Below, piece after piece: positions 57,201 to 64,000 of a DNA stretch of 64,000 nt. The stretch is from Methanobacteriota archaeon (GTDB taxonomy: Archaea; Thermoplasmatota; Poseidoniia; Poseidoniales; Thalassarchaeaceae): contig PBWO01000034.1 in NCBI GenBank assembly GCA_002727275.1, positions 19,941-83,940 of the forward strand. Direction: 5' to 3'. Position numbers and translations under genes: made by a program. The first letter of the stretch is position 1; every line of letters begins with the position of its first letter. A model generated the notes under the pieces. That model was not told the DNA's origin. It did not search any database and saw only the letters and a program-made list of their open reading frames with translations.

Positions 57201-57335
57201 TTCGATCCTGCAGATGCGAATATTGACTCTGACGGCGATGGTTACATCAACAAATGTGAGAATAAATGGAACTCAAACCCCAAGAATCCAACGAGTTTCC
57301 CTAGCCAAGGCGAGCTGTGTAGTGAATTCGAGTAA
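54225..57335 (+). CDS. Secreted/anchored thrombospondin-type-3-repeat protein (1036 aa) with an embedded lipoyl/biotinyl-like barrel-sandwich segment
   Basis: N-terminal TM YAVLAITVTLCLAGFYTII (alternative ATG start at 54288). More than 20 DxDxDGxxDxxE motifs from about 54460 to 57260. Non-repeat insert at about 55600-55810. Confidence 0.8.
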   Translation: MKHYIRTQCQQDGPTGAGCAQMALNHNQYAVLAITVTLCLAGFYTIIDAGLSTTTSGGFEEASGDIESSSDEIHQAGQDFDEDGLPDRMEQTLYGTDWRTADTDDDGMDDGWEIANGLDPLDNGEPDSSEIPFDEPDNEDETGEQNETFPNPDNGPFGDPDRDGLTNTEEMLLGTNPNLRDTDGDGLNDRWESEYTYEIETPSGNIMLLDPLNGNWDCYLLTPERKAEIQNDIGLSEWNSMENSQFGHSCDAILDLEQPQPDSLRNYVEERYNTNPLDEDSDGDLIPDRYEVAFGQVEVGVHCGVPLFQTILIQSPYTELMSGHGDMTWFEEDMDSDGKLNGPGDWDTDGDGMPDGFEYCYAYDDEGKRFLNPANATDAYGDRDEDGLNNLDEYEVAYTWGEENFTSPLDEDTDGDKMPDGWEHMNGIHPNLGNAEDDPDFDGYDADGDGGVRYTELLGVTTVHSISVELGDRVQANNTILWVRTVQNSQYVNIPIKTNIAGTVYSINVEIGDEVVSRLQDLAVVVEDSERFTNLDEYNARDRDSDGFVDGRSTDPLVADTDGDGLIDGIEVIGWTIKIVDQGVRHVHVRSDPGTFDTDKDGLSDADEYYVYFTNATDRDTDSDGLEDFTEVLDGFIWNGTQYYTNASSHDTDLDGLADGEEVVDGEDQYITHANNADSDGDGLFDGNEVLNIPRPWQGATNPLNNDTDEDGQPDGWEMQVFSVQHNTRSHSLWISVTNWLPPGCDSMFECGLGPGGWVWSNYLGGFSTSGDRDGDGDMDPKYFLHEMNLSGFTIPANGRWALDPSWGSLPDSSFDIDNDTLMNSLEAPDRWDTNPVDDDTDGDKLPDGWEVQYSELALSLGLVDNNTLGAVGARGPMDPKMDDSDVDGINDGQEDFDDDGLNRTHLLNRYCPGWNNPQMSECHIDPVTEEGNSFYDDLENYTNFEEFQNGTNPVDPDSDGDQWLDGSEVYHQDQDNDGMWAGWEYYFGFDPFDPADANIDSDGDGYINKCENKWNSNPKNPTSFPSQGELCSEFE

Positions 57336-57376
57336 CCCTCTGATTTTTCTCTATCTTCCCTTTCGGACAGATTAGC

Positions 57377-57847
57377 ATGTCTTGGTGGGTCCTTCCTACA
57401 ACCGCAGACATCGGTCTGCGCGCATTCAGTGACAGTGCTGCAGGGGCGATGAGGGAGGCCGCACTAGGAATGCAGGAGATTCAAATTGCTACTGGGGCTA
57501 CGGTTTCTAATCTACCAATAATGGAGTCGAATTGGACTGTAGATGCCCCAACTAAGGATTACGATAGACTACTCGTAAAATGGTTGGAAGAGGTACTGTT
57601 CATGGGGCAAGCCGAAGGCGAATGGCTCAGTGACGTATCGATTGAGATTCTCGATGGATTCATTGAGGCTACAGTCACTTCGATTGATTCAGAACTAGTG
57701 CAACGAGAACTAGAAATCAAGGCGGTGACTATGCACGAGGTTGCTCTGGTCGAGATTGGAGTGGGAGAAGTAATCGCTGGAGTGGAACCCGATATTCCAT
57801 CATTTGAGGGCCCAGGGTGGATGGCTCAAGTCGTATTTGATATCTAG
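57377..57847 (+). CDS. Archease (RtcB activator/chaperone family)
   Basis: 156 aa. N-terminal ...TTADIGLRAF (family consensus HTADIGIRA) and C-terminal EIKAVTMHEVAL...AQVVFDI match archease. Confidence 0.8.
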   Translation: MSWWVLPTTADIGLRAFSDSAAGAMREAALGMQEIQIATGATVSNLPIMESNWTVDAPTKDYDRLLVKWLEEVLFMGQAEGEWLSDVSIEILDGFIEATVTSIDSELVQRELEIKAVTMHEVALVEIGVGEVIAGVEPDIPSFEGPGWMAQVVFDI

Positions 57848-57874
57848 TCCAGAGACTCAATATTCTCTTTGATC

Positions 57875-58927
57875 TCAATCCTCTACGTTGAAGCGCTGAT
57901 ATACTTCGTTTGTAGTCTGAGTCACTCGAATGAATGTAGCACACTTGGGCAAATCCTTGATTCTCCTGGCCCCCACATAAGAGCAGGCCGATCTCACCCC
58001 TCCAAGTATCGATTGGATAGTGCCTTCTAAGGGTCCTCTGTAGGGCACCCTGACTTCTTTGCCCTCGGGAGCTCGATGTTTGGCAACCTCGCCATAGTGT
58101 GATTCCATCGCCTTAGATGAAGACATCCCGTAGAACGACTTGAACATTTTTCCATTCTTGTTCTCGATTAGTTCACCACCAGACTCATCATGCCCTGCAA
58201 GCATTCCTCCAAGCATCACGAAGTCTGCTCCGGCGGCGAACGCCTTTGCAACATCACCTGGGGATGAGCAGCCACCATCTGCCATCACATGACCCAGTAG
58301 GCCATGAGCCGCATCTGCACATTCTGAAATGGCTGAGAGTTGAGGGTACCCGACACCCGCAACCTTCCTAGTCGTGCAAACTGAGCCTGGACCAATTCCT
58401 ACCTTGACAATATCTGCTCCGGCAAGTATCAGCGCCTCTGTCATCTCCCTAGTGGCGACATTCCCTGCAATCAAAATCTTATCAGGGAATTCAGAACGAA
58501 CTCGCTTGACGAAGTCCAAGAAAACCTCCCTGTAGCCATTGGCAACATCTATGCAGATCATCTGGATTCTTTCATCGGTCCCCATCTTACGTTGTAGCAA
58601 CTCAAAGCTCTCTTCCGTCGAGCCACATGTAACTGCCACATGGCTTGCATCCACTCCATTCCCCCAGGCCTCAGCACATGCACTGGTAGAGTAGAATTTC
58701 TGTAGGCAAGTTAGCATTCCGTGGTCTTGCAGAACTCTGGCTACATCAAATAGGCCAGTAGTATCCATATTGGCAGCCACAATTGGGACTCCCTTCCAAG
58801 TGGTGTCGGAATGACGGAAACTGAACTCCCTCTCCAAACTCACATCAGATCTAGAAACAAGTGTGCTACGCTTAGGTCTAATCAGTACATCATCAAAAGT
58901 AAGCTTCACATCGTGCTCTACATGCAT
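57875..58927 (-). CDS. guaC: GMP reductase (GuaC, IMPDH/GMPR TIM-barrel family)
   Basis: The N-terminus [39 protein letters not shown] is almost collinear with E. coli GuaC. Active-site loop [35 protein letters not shown]. No CBS insert. Confidence 0.85.
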   Translation of the reverse strand: MHVEHDVKLTFDDVLIRPKRSTLVSRSDVSLEREFSFRHSDTTWKGVPIVAANMDTTGLFDVARVLQDHGMLTCLQKFYSTSACAEAWGNGVDASHVAVTCGSTEESFELLQRKMGTDERIQMICIDVANGYREVFLDFVKRVRSEFPDKILIAGNVATREMTEALILAGADIVKVGIGPGSVCTTRKVAGVGYPQLSAISECADAAHGLLGHVMADGGCSSPGDVAKAFAAGADFVMLGGMLAGHDESGGELIENKNGKMFKSFYGMSSSKAMESHYGEVAKHRAPEGKEVRVPYRGPLEGTIQSILGGVRSACSYVGARRIKDLPKCATFIRVTQTTNEVYQRFNVED

Positions 58928-58977
58928 CAGAACCTTACTACTCCAACGAAGGAGTGCTTAAGACCATTCTGACTGAT

Positions 58978-61200
58978 TTAGGAAGACTCAGAAGATGTGA
59001 TTTCGGGACCAGGATTATCCCAATAGAACATCAATTGACGTCCTCTTTCCTGACTCCATGATGTGAAGTACAGTTTCTCACCGACACTAATGAATCGATT
59101 TGGCCAACTGCTGTTATTTCCCGGATTTATGTCGACAACAATCTCTGTACCAAGATCAGTTCCGTCAGTCCTCCATAATTCAGCTCCAAACTCTCCTCCG
59201 TCGTCAGCGATGAAGTAAAGCGCACCATTGTGGACGAGTAGCAGTTCTTGATGGAAGAAGTCAGGAGTCCAAACAAAGCTACTGTTACTCCCTGGATTGA
59301 TATCCCTGACCAAGTAGGTTCCTGCAGTAGTTCCATCACTCCTCCATAATTCCCTTCCATTCTCCTCAGTGTAAGCCATGAAGTATAGCGTGTCATCCAT
59401 TACTGTAAACCACCCAGGATCGCTGGATCCGTTTGTGTTTATGTCTTTGATCATGAAAGTTCCAGATTCAGTATTATCTGAAATCCATAACTCCCTGCCG
59501 TGTTGTCCGTCATCGGCGCTGAAAATCATATTCTGTCCTAGTTTGGTGAGCATACTTGGAGAGCTGCTATTATTGGCGCCGGGCCAGATGTCCTTCACCA
59601 ATCTAGTCGAGAATGCATCTCCTTGGGAATAGTATAGTTCCTGGCCTACTGAACCACCATCCGCAGATAGGAAAACACCCCCGGAAGCTGATGTTAGGTG
59701 GAGAGGATTACTGCCCTCAACCCCTGTCTTGATATCTTTGACAAGGAATAATCCTCCTCCGAGACCGGACAGACTGTATCGGTAAACCTCACGACCGTAT
59801 TCATTTGATTCTGCAGTGAACCACAGATTACTTCCTTTCAGAATAATATCCCTTGGAGCCGAACCTTGGAAATCTCCACAGCAGTATGTCACTCCTTCGT
59901 ACTGCCAGCTTTCATCTTCCGGGACAATATTAGCCAACATGAAGGTCCCACCCAGGGTCCCATCAGAAATCCACAATTCCTCCCCATTCGGAGGATGTGA
60001 ATCGTCATCTTGACCTCCTATTGCCTCCATCATCGAATAAATCACTCTATCGGGATTAAAACCATTAGATGGCAACACAAGAAGTTGAGATGGTCCAGAG
60101 AATCCTTGCCTCCATCCATTTTCGCCTCCGTATGCTGAACTCCAGGATGCCCATTGAGGGATTTGAAAAGTCCCGTCTTCGGTACCGTCACTTACGATTA
60201 AGCAGGCACACGATTCTGTGCCCGGCTCACCATCAAAACCAGTTAAGAAAATCTTGCTGTTTCCTGCAACTATCTCAGGATAGTGGCAACCAAAGGGGAG
60301 CCCCCAGCAGTGCACTTGAAGCGACCCTCCATTCTCACATGTTTGGCCCCCCATTCCATCAGGTCCACATTCCTCTTCCCGTAGATCTTTGACCATGTAT
60401 GTGCCACCGACTGTGCCATCACTTCGCCATAGCTCCCAACCATGTACTCCGTCATTACCGGCGAAGTATATGTTGCCACCCATTTCTACGAACAGTGCTG
60501 GCCCCCAGTCACGAGCCTCACCAGCTTGTAACTGAGAAACTACTCCACTATCTCCGGGGCACTCTCCTACTGTGAATTGAACTTCATCATAACTCACTCT
60601 TCCATCGTCAGGAGTTCCCGCTCCGGAACCATCATCATATCCTATCGCTATTTCCATCCCAGGATTGTCCTCGGGACAACTTTCGATACGATTTCTGATT
60701 TCGTAAGCCAAAGAACTCATCGTACTCTCTAAGGCCGTAACTGTTGCATCGAGTTGGTTAATTTCACTTTCCTTCTGGGAAATCTCTGAGTTGAGAGTCT
60801 CAATCTGAGAATCTGCTGCCTCCATCTGTGAAGTAAGGTTGGTAATTTCGCCTTCTAGTTGCGCCATCATTCCACTATCTTGCGTCTGATTCAACTGTTC
60901 CATCGTCTCAGACAGTTGGTTGGTCAAGTTAGCCTTGTGCCATTCTGCCGAATCGAGTCTGGCCGAGAGTTCTGTCAAGTCTGCATTACTCTCATCTAGG
61001 TCAGTTAGCGCTTCAGAAAGAGTACTCTCGAGTGTGGCTGCATGGGCGGCTGATTCATCGGCCTGAGCAGTCATATTCGCTAATTCCGATTCAAGTGAAG
61101 CAATCCTCTCATCCTTTTCTGAATCAGAATCGCTGCCCGCGCAGCCAGCGAGTACCGAACTCAACATTAGAAGTGCCATCAATAGGGCAACATTTCTCAT
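58978..61200 (-). CDS. Lipobox-bearing surface protein: N-terminal coiled coil + ELWxxDGT-repeat beta-propeller-like region
   Basis: Signal + lipobox LMLSSVLAGC. About 170 aa of heptad-rich S/E/L sequence. Repeats GWELWRSDGTVGGTYMVKDL, GEELWISDGTLGGTF, GRELWISDNTESGTFMIKDIN, GRELWRSDGTTAGTYLVRDINPG, GAELWRTDGTDLGTEIVVDINPG. Confidence 0.8.
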   Translation of the reverse strand: MRNVALLMALLMLSSVLAGCAGSDSDSEKDERIASLESELANMTAQADESAAHAATLESTLSEALTDLDESNADLTELSARLDSAEWHKANLTNQLSETMEQLNQTQDSGMMAQLEGEITNLTSQMEAADSQIETLNSEISQKESEINQLDATVTALESTMSSLAYEIRNRIESCPEDNPGMEIAIGYDDGSGAGTPDDGRVSYDEVQFTVGECPGDSGVVSQLQAGEARDWGPALFVEMGGNIYFAGNDGVHGWELWRSDGTVGGTYMVKDLREEECGPDGMGGQTCENGGSLQVHCWGLPFGCHYPEIVAGNSKIFLTGFDGEPGTESCACLIVSDGTEDGTFQIPQWASWSSAYGGENGWRQGFSGPSQLLVLPSNGFNPDRVIYSMMEAIGGQDDDSHPPNGEELWISDGTLGGTFMLANIVPEDESWQYEGVTYCCGDFQGSAPRDIILKGSNLWFTAESNEYGREVYRYSLSGLGGGLFLVKDIKTGVEGSNPLHLTSASGGVFLSADGGSVGQELYYSQGDAFSTRLVKDIWPGANNSSSPSMLTKLGQNMIFSADDGQHGRELWISDNTESGTFMIKDINTNGSSDPGWFTVMDDTLYFMAYTEENGRELWRSDGTTAGTYLVRDINPGSNSSFVWTPDFFHQELLLVHNGALYFIADDGGEFGAELWRTDGTDLGTEIVVDINPGNNSSWPNRFISVGEKLYFTSWSQERGRQLMFYWDNPGPEITSSESS

Positions 61201-61303
61201 GACTCGGCACCTTGCACTTAGGCTAAAAGAAGTTCTCCGCCCATCACTTTAGTCGAGCAGCAGCCCATTTCACCAACTAGCCCGCCAATTTGGTTGACAG
61301 AAT

Positions 61304-61381
61304 TGGTGCTCGTGCCGGGATTTGAACCCGGGTCGACGGATCGAGAGTCCGTCATGATGGACCGAACTACACTACACGAGC
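61304..61381 (-). tRNA. tRNA-Glu (anticodon CUC), CCA encoded
   Basis: The reverse complement is GCUCGUG-UA-GUGUAGUUCGGUCCAUCAU-G-ACGGA-CUCUCGA-UCCGU-CGAC-CCGGG-UUCAAAU-CCCGG-CACGAGC-A-CCA. Acceptor, anticodon and T stems are perfect, and the D-arm is typical of archaeal tRNA-Glu. Confidence 0.9.
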
Positions 61382-61788
61382 GTGTTCACAGCCACCGCCC
61401 TCTGACTTATGAAAACAATGGATAGGTAGCCGTTTTCCCATAACTGTTCACTTTCACTTTCAGTATTCGGGACTATTCCCTCGCTTCATATGCGGGAGTC
61501 ACAACATAGGGCCATGAACGGAACACCGAACACACAAGAGGCACTCCTATACAGGAAGCGCCCAAAGCCATGCAGAGTAGTTTCTCTATCTACTCTGCGA
61601 AAAACGAACACGAATGCAAGTCCGCATCCTAGACCGGAACTCATCAGTAACTCCGGAGTGGTATCGAGCACTAAATCCTGGATGCCAATGCCCCCACAGG
61701 TTACATCGATCAATGTATCATCTTCTAGTTGGAAGGGGTTGCAAGACAGAGTTCGAGCCAGTAGGACAACACCAAAGGTGGTGGCCTG

Positions 61789-62043
61789 ATGTCTAGGACA
61801 AGGAGGCTACGAGAAGAGGTCAGAACATATCTGGAAGAGAACGATAGTGCGAACACTGTCGAGATATTCGATCACCTGAATGAAAGATTCCGCTGGGGTG
61901 CGAACATGAATCAAGTTGGCAACATACTAGCTAAGGACTCCAGATTCTCCAAGATTGGTCATGTTCGCGGACGTTTCAGAGGCAGCACCTACACCGTATG
62001 CGTCTGGGGCCTGTCTCAGCAAGCCACACAGATTGCGGCCTAA
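61789..62043 (+). CDS. Small hypothetical protein (84 aa), possibly a winged-helix DNA-binding fold
   Basis: Basic N-terminus MSRTRRLREEVRTYLEEN...TVEIFDHLNERF...QVGNILAKDSRFSKIG has a helix-turn-helix-like pattern. No homolog recognised. Confidence 0.35.
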   Translation: MSRTRRLREEVRTYLEENDSANTVEIFDHLNERFRWGANMNQVGNILAKDSRFSKIGHVRGRFRGSTYTVCVWGLSQQATQIAA

Positions 62044-62083
62044 GTAGGGAAGAAATCAAGTTCAGACGGCTCCGAGTAGAGTC

Positions 62084-62986
62084 ATGGGTAACGGCACCTT
62101 GGGGCCATGGATGACTCTTTTTAGAGCAGGAAACTCCACTACGGCTGTATTCGGAGTATTTCTAGGCTCTATGCTAGCACTAGGGGAACTGCCTACCGAT
62201 GAATTAGCTACAATCACAGTTCTACAGGGCATATCTGTATGGTCTTTCATGTGTTCTTGGAACGCCCTAAATGATTATCTTGATCTAGAAATTGACAATG
62301 TGAATCGACCTAGCAGACCATTGCCTTCAGGAGATATCTCAGTAGATTCCGCTAGAAATGGTATTGCTGCAATGATGGCCGTTTCTATTCTCTCTATTTT
62401 GGTTGCAATGAATATTGCAATTGACATCAGTGGAAGTATCGATGATTGGTACCCAGCAATTATAATCTGGATCGCAGCACTATTTCTTCTCATCAACTAT
62501 GAGTCCGCTGGGAACTATAGCCTTCGTCTCAAAGATAGAGGATTACCCGGGAATCTGGCAATCAGCCTATCTGTTGGAATGGTCGTTTTATTCGGCGCAG
62601 CCGGTGTATTTGAGCCATTTAGTGAAAGAGCCTGGGCCATGTTCTTTGCCGGTGCACTCTACAACTTTGCCCGTGAAATAATCAAGGACATAGAAGACAT
62701 GGAAGGAGATGAAGGAAGAAATACATACGCAATGAGAGTGGGCCCTCAGAAGGCTAGATCGGTAGCATGGATTTTACTAATACTAACTCTATTGTCCATC
62801 TTGCTCCCATTCGGAATAGGAATCTTACCGGAAACTCACTTGATTTCTGTGATTCCAGCAGTTGTTCTTCTGCTGATGGTTAAACCCAAGTTGATGACAG
62901 CAGAGGATAGGGAAGCTCAGATGCTTGTGAAGAGGTCAATGTATCTGGCACTAGCCGCCTTCCTAGTCAGTTCTCTAATGAGCTAA
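62084..62986 (+). CDS. UbiA-family prenyltransferase, most likely digeranylgeranylglyceryl phosphate (DGGGP) synthase
   Basis: First Asp-rich motif NALNDYLDLEIDNVNRPSRPLPSG and second motif REIIKDIEDMEGDE. Eight or nine predicted TM helices. Size and motifs match archaeal lipid DGGGP synthases. Confidence 0.8.
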   Translation: MGNGTLGPWMTLFRAGNSTTAVFGVFLGSMLALGELPTDELATITVLQGISVWSFMCSWNALNDYLDLEIDNVNRPSRPLPSGDISVDSARNGIAAMMAVSILSILVAMNIAIDISGSIDDWYPAIIIWIAALFLLINYESAGNYSLRLKDRGLPGNLAISLSVGMVVLFGAAGVFEPFSERAWAMFFAGALYNFAREIIKDIEDMEGDEGRNTYAMRVGPQKARSVAWILLILTLLSILLPFGIGILPETHLISVIPAVVLLLMVKPKLMTAEDREAQMLVKRSMYLALAAFLVSSLMS

Positions 62987-63943
62987 TCAGACCAACTCTC
63001 TGAAAGTATGCCATGCATCTTCATTGCACATCAGAGTAAGTAGAGACATCTGGGCCCACATTCGATTCTCAGCCTGATCTAGAACAACGCTATTTGAAGA
63101 ATCTATGACGCCATCTGTTACCTCTTCACCCCTGTGTGCAGGGAGGCAGTGCATGAACAAGTAATTCGGGTGTGCATGAGATACTAGTTCCTCATTTACT
63201 TGGAAACCATCGAAAGCATCGAACTTGCCTTCCATGTGTTCTTCTCCCATTGAAACAAAAATGTCCGTGTAGATGACTCCTGCGCCGGCGACTGCTTCGA
63301 CCGGATCATTAGTTCCAGAGATACTGGAGCCGGTTTTCAAAGCAATCTGTTTTGCTCTCTTCATTACTTCCTCATCAGGCTCAAAACCATGAGGAGTGGC
63401 GTACTTGACATCCCTTCCTAGGCACACTGATGCCAACAGTAGATCGTGGAACACATTGTTGCCGTCTCCAACCCATGAAATGTGGCCACTGACGGAATCA
63501 CCACGCTCGACAATGGTCATCAAATCGGCAGCCGCCTGACAAGGATGATGCAAGTCTGAAAGAGCGTTGATTACAGGGACAGTGGCATACTTCGCCAACT
63601 CTTCTGCGTCGGCATGATTGAAGCAACGATATGTGATTCCGTCTAAGAATCGAGAAAGCACAGCGGCAGTATCTGCAATCGATTCGCTCTTTCCAAGTTG
63701 GATGTCGTTTGAAAGTAAAGTAAGTGGCTGACCTCCTAATCTGCTGACTCCGACCTCAAACGAAACTCTAGTTCTGGTCGAGGGTTTTTCATAAATAGAG
63801 CCAATTGACATCCCATCAAGTGGCTTGAAATCTTGAGTTATTTCACCTCCATGCTTGAATGCTATGGCCCAGTCAATTATGTCTGCTAGGTCGCCCCCTA
63901 GGTCATCTATTGCCATCAAATCTCTTTTCTCATCCTCGCTCAT
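62987..63943 (-). CDS. argF: Ornithine carbamoyltransferase
   Basis: STRTRVSFE (carbamoyl-phosphate site), HPCQAAADL, TDIFVSMGEE (ornithine DxxxSMG) and HCLPAHRGEE. Confidence 0.9.
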   Translation of the reverse strand: MSEDEKRDLMAIDDLGGDLADIIDWAIAFKHGGEITQDFKPLDGMSIGSIYEKPSTRTRVSFEVGVSRLGGQPLTLLSNDIQLGKSESIADTAAVLSRFLDGITYRCFNHADAEELAKYATVPVINALSDLHHPCQAAADLMTIVERGDSVSGHISWVGDGNNVFHDLLLASVCLGRDVKYATPHGFEPDEEVMKRAKQIALKTGSSISGTNDPVEAVAGAGVIYTDIFVSMGEEHMEGKFDAFDGFQVNEELVSHAHPNYLFMHCLPAHRGEEVTDGVIDSSNSVVLDQAENRMWAQMSLLTLMCNEDAWHTFRELV

Positions 63944-64000
63944 GTTCTATGTCTCCTGCAAACCCGTCTCGAGAATCGGCCATACCGCCAAAAACAGTCT

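Noticed and set aside
57875-58927. E. coli-type GMP reductase in an archaeal context, as possible horizontal transfer
   Set aside because: High collinearity with bacterial GuaC is visible. However, flanking genes, composition and codon usage look native, and no mobility signature is present. A phylogeny, which I cannot run, would be needed before claiming HGT.
61634-61656. The minus-strand sequence CUGAUGAG within CCGGAGUUACUGAUGAGUUCCGG resembles the hammerhead ribozyme core
   Set aside because: No GAAA element, no cleavage-site triplet and no three-stem arrangement follow it, so the motif simply sits in the loop of a hairpin.

Overview
Archaeal chromosomal segment. Diagnostic housekeeping genes are RNA polymerase subunit E' (Rpo7), Spt4, r-proteins S24e and S27ae, DGGGP synthase, archaeal-type DtdA, RtcB plus archease, XPD/Rad3, archaeal-type AlaRS, and three tRNAs with encoded CCA. 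By inference only, the gene content resembles a marine heterotrophic euryarchaeote (Poseidoniales / MG-II-like): giant Ca-binding surface proteins, amino-acid ABC uptake, GDH, proline dehydrogenase, subtilisin and GMP reductase. By coordinates, about 27.6 kb of the 64 kb encodes six secreted or membrane-anchored adhesin-like proteins: 2985 aa, 1882 aa, 2264 aa, 1036 aa, 740 aa and one partial. I saw no CRISPR array, IS element, integrase or rRNA. The observations most worth follow-up are these. (1) Two otherwise intact, conserved enzymes at the glutamate node (gdhA and a class-I alanine/aspartate aminotransferase) are each interrupted by a single in-frame TAA, with undecayed coding sequence downstream. 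(2) A stop/start-overlapping operon joins a receiver-domain PEP/pyruvate-dikinase-like ATP-grasp protein, XPD helicase and a small alpha-crystallin-like protein. (3) An amino-acid ABC permease is fused to a BNR/Asp-box beta-propeller instead of a solute-binding domain. (4) The 2985-aa protein has a transglutaminase-like core with substituted catalytic His and Asp, plus a cytoplasmic DUF4129-like tail. (5) Three unusually long, hairpin-rich non-coding regions could be ncRNA genes, but I could not assign them to a known family by eye.
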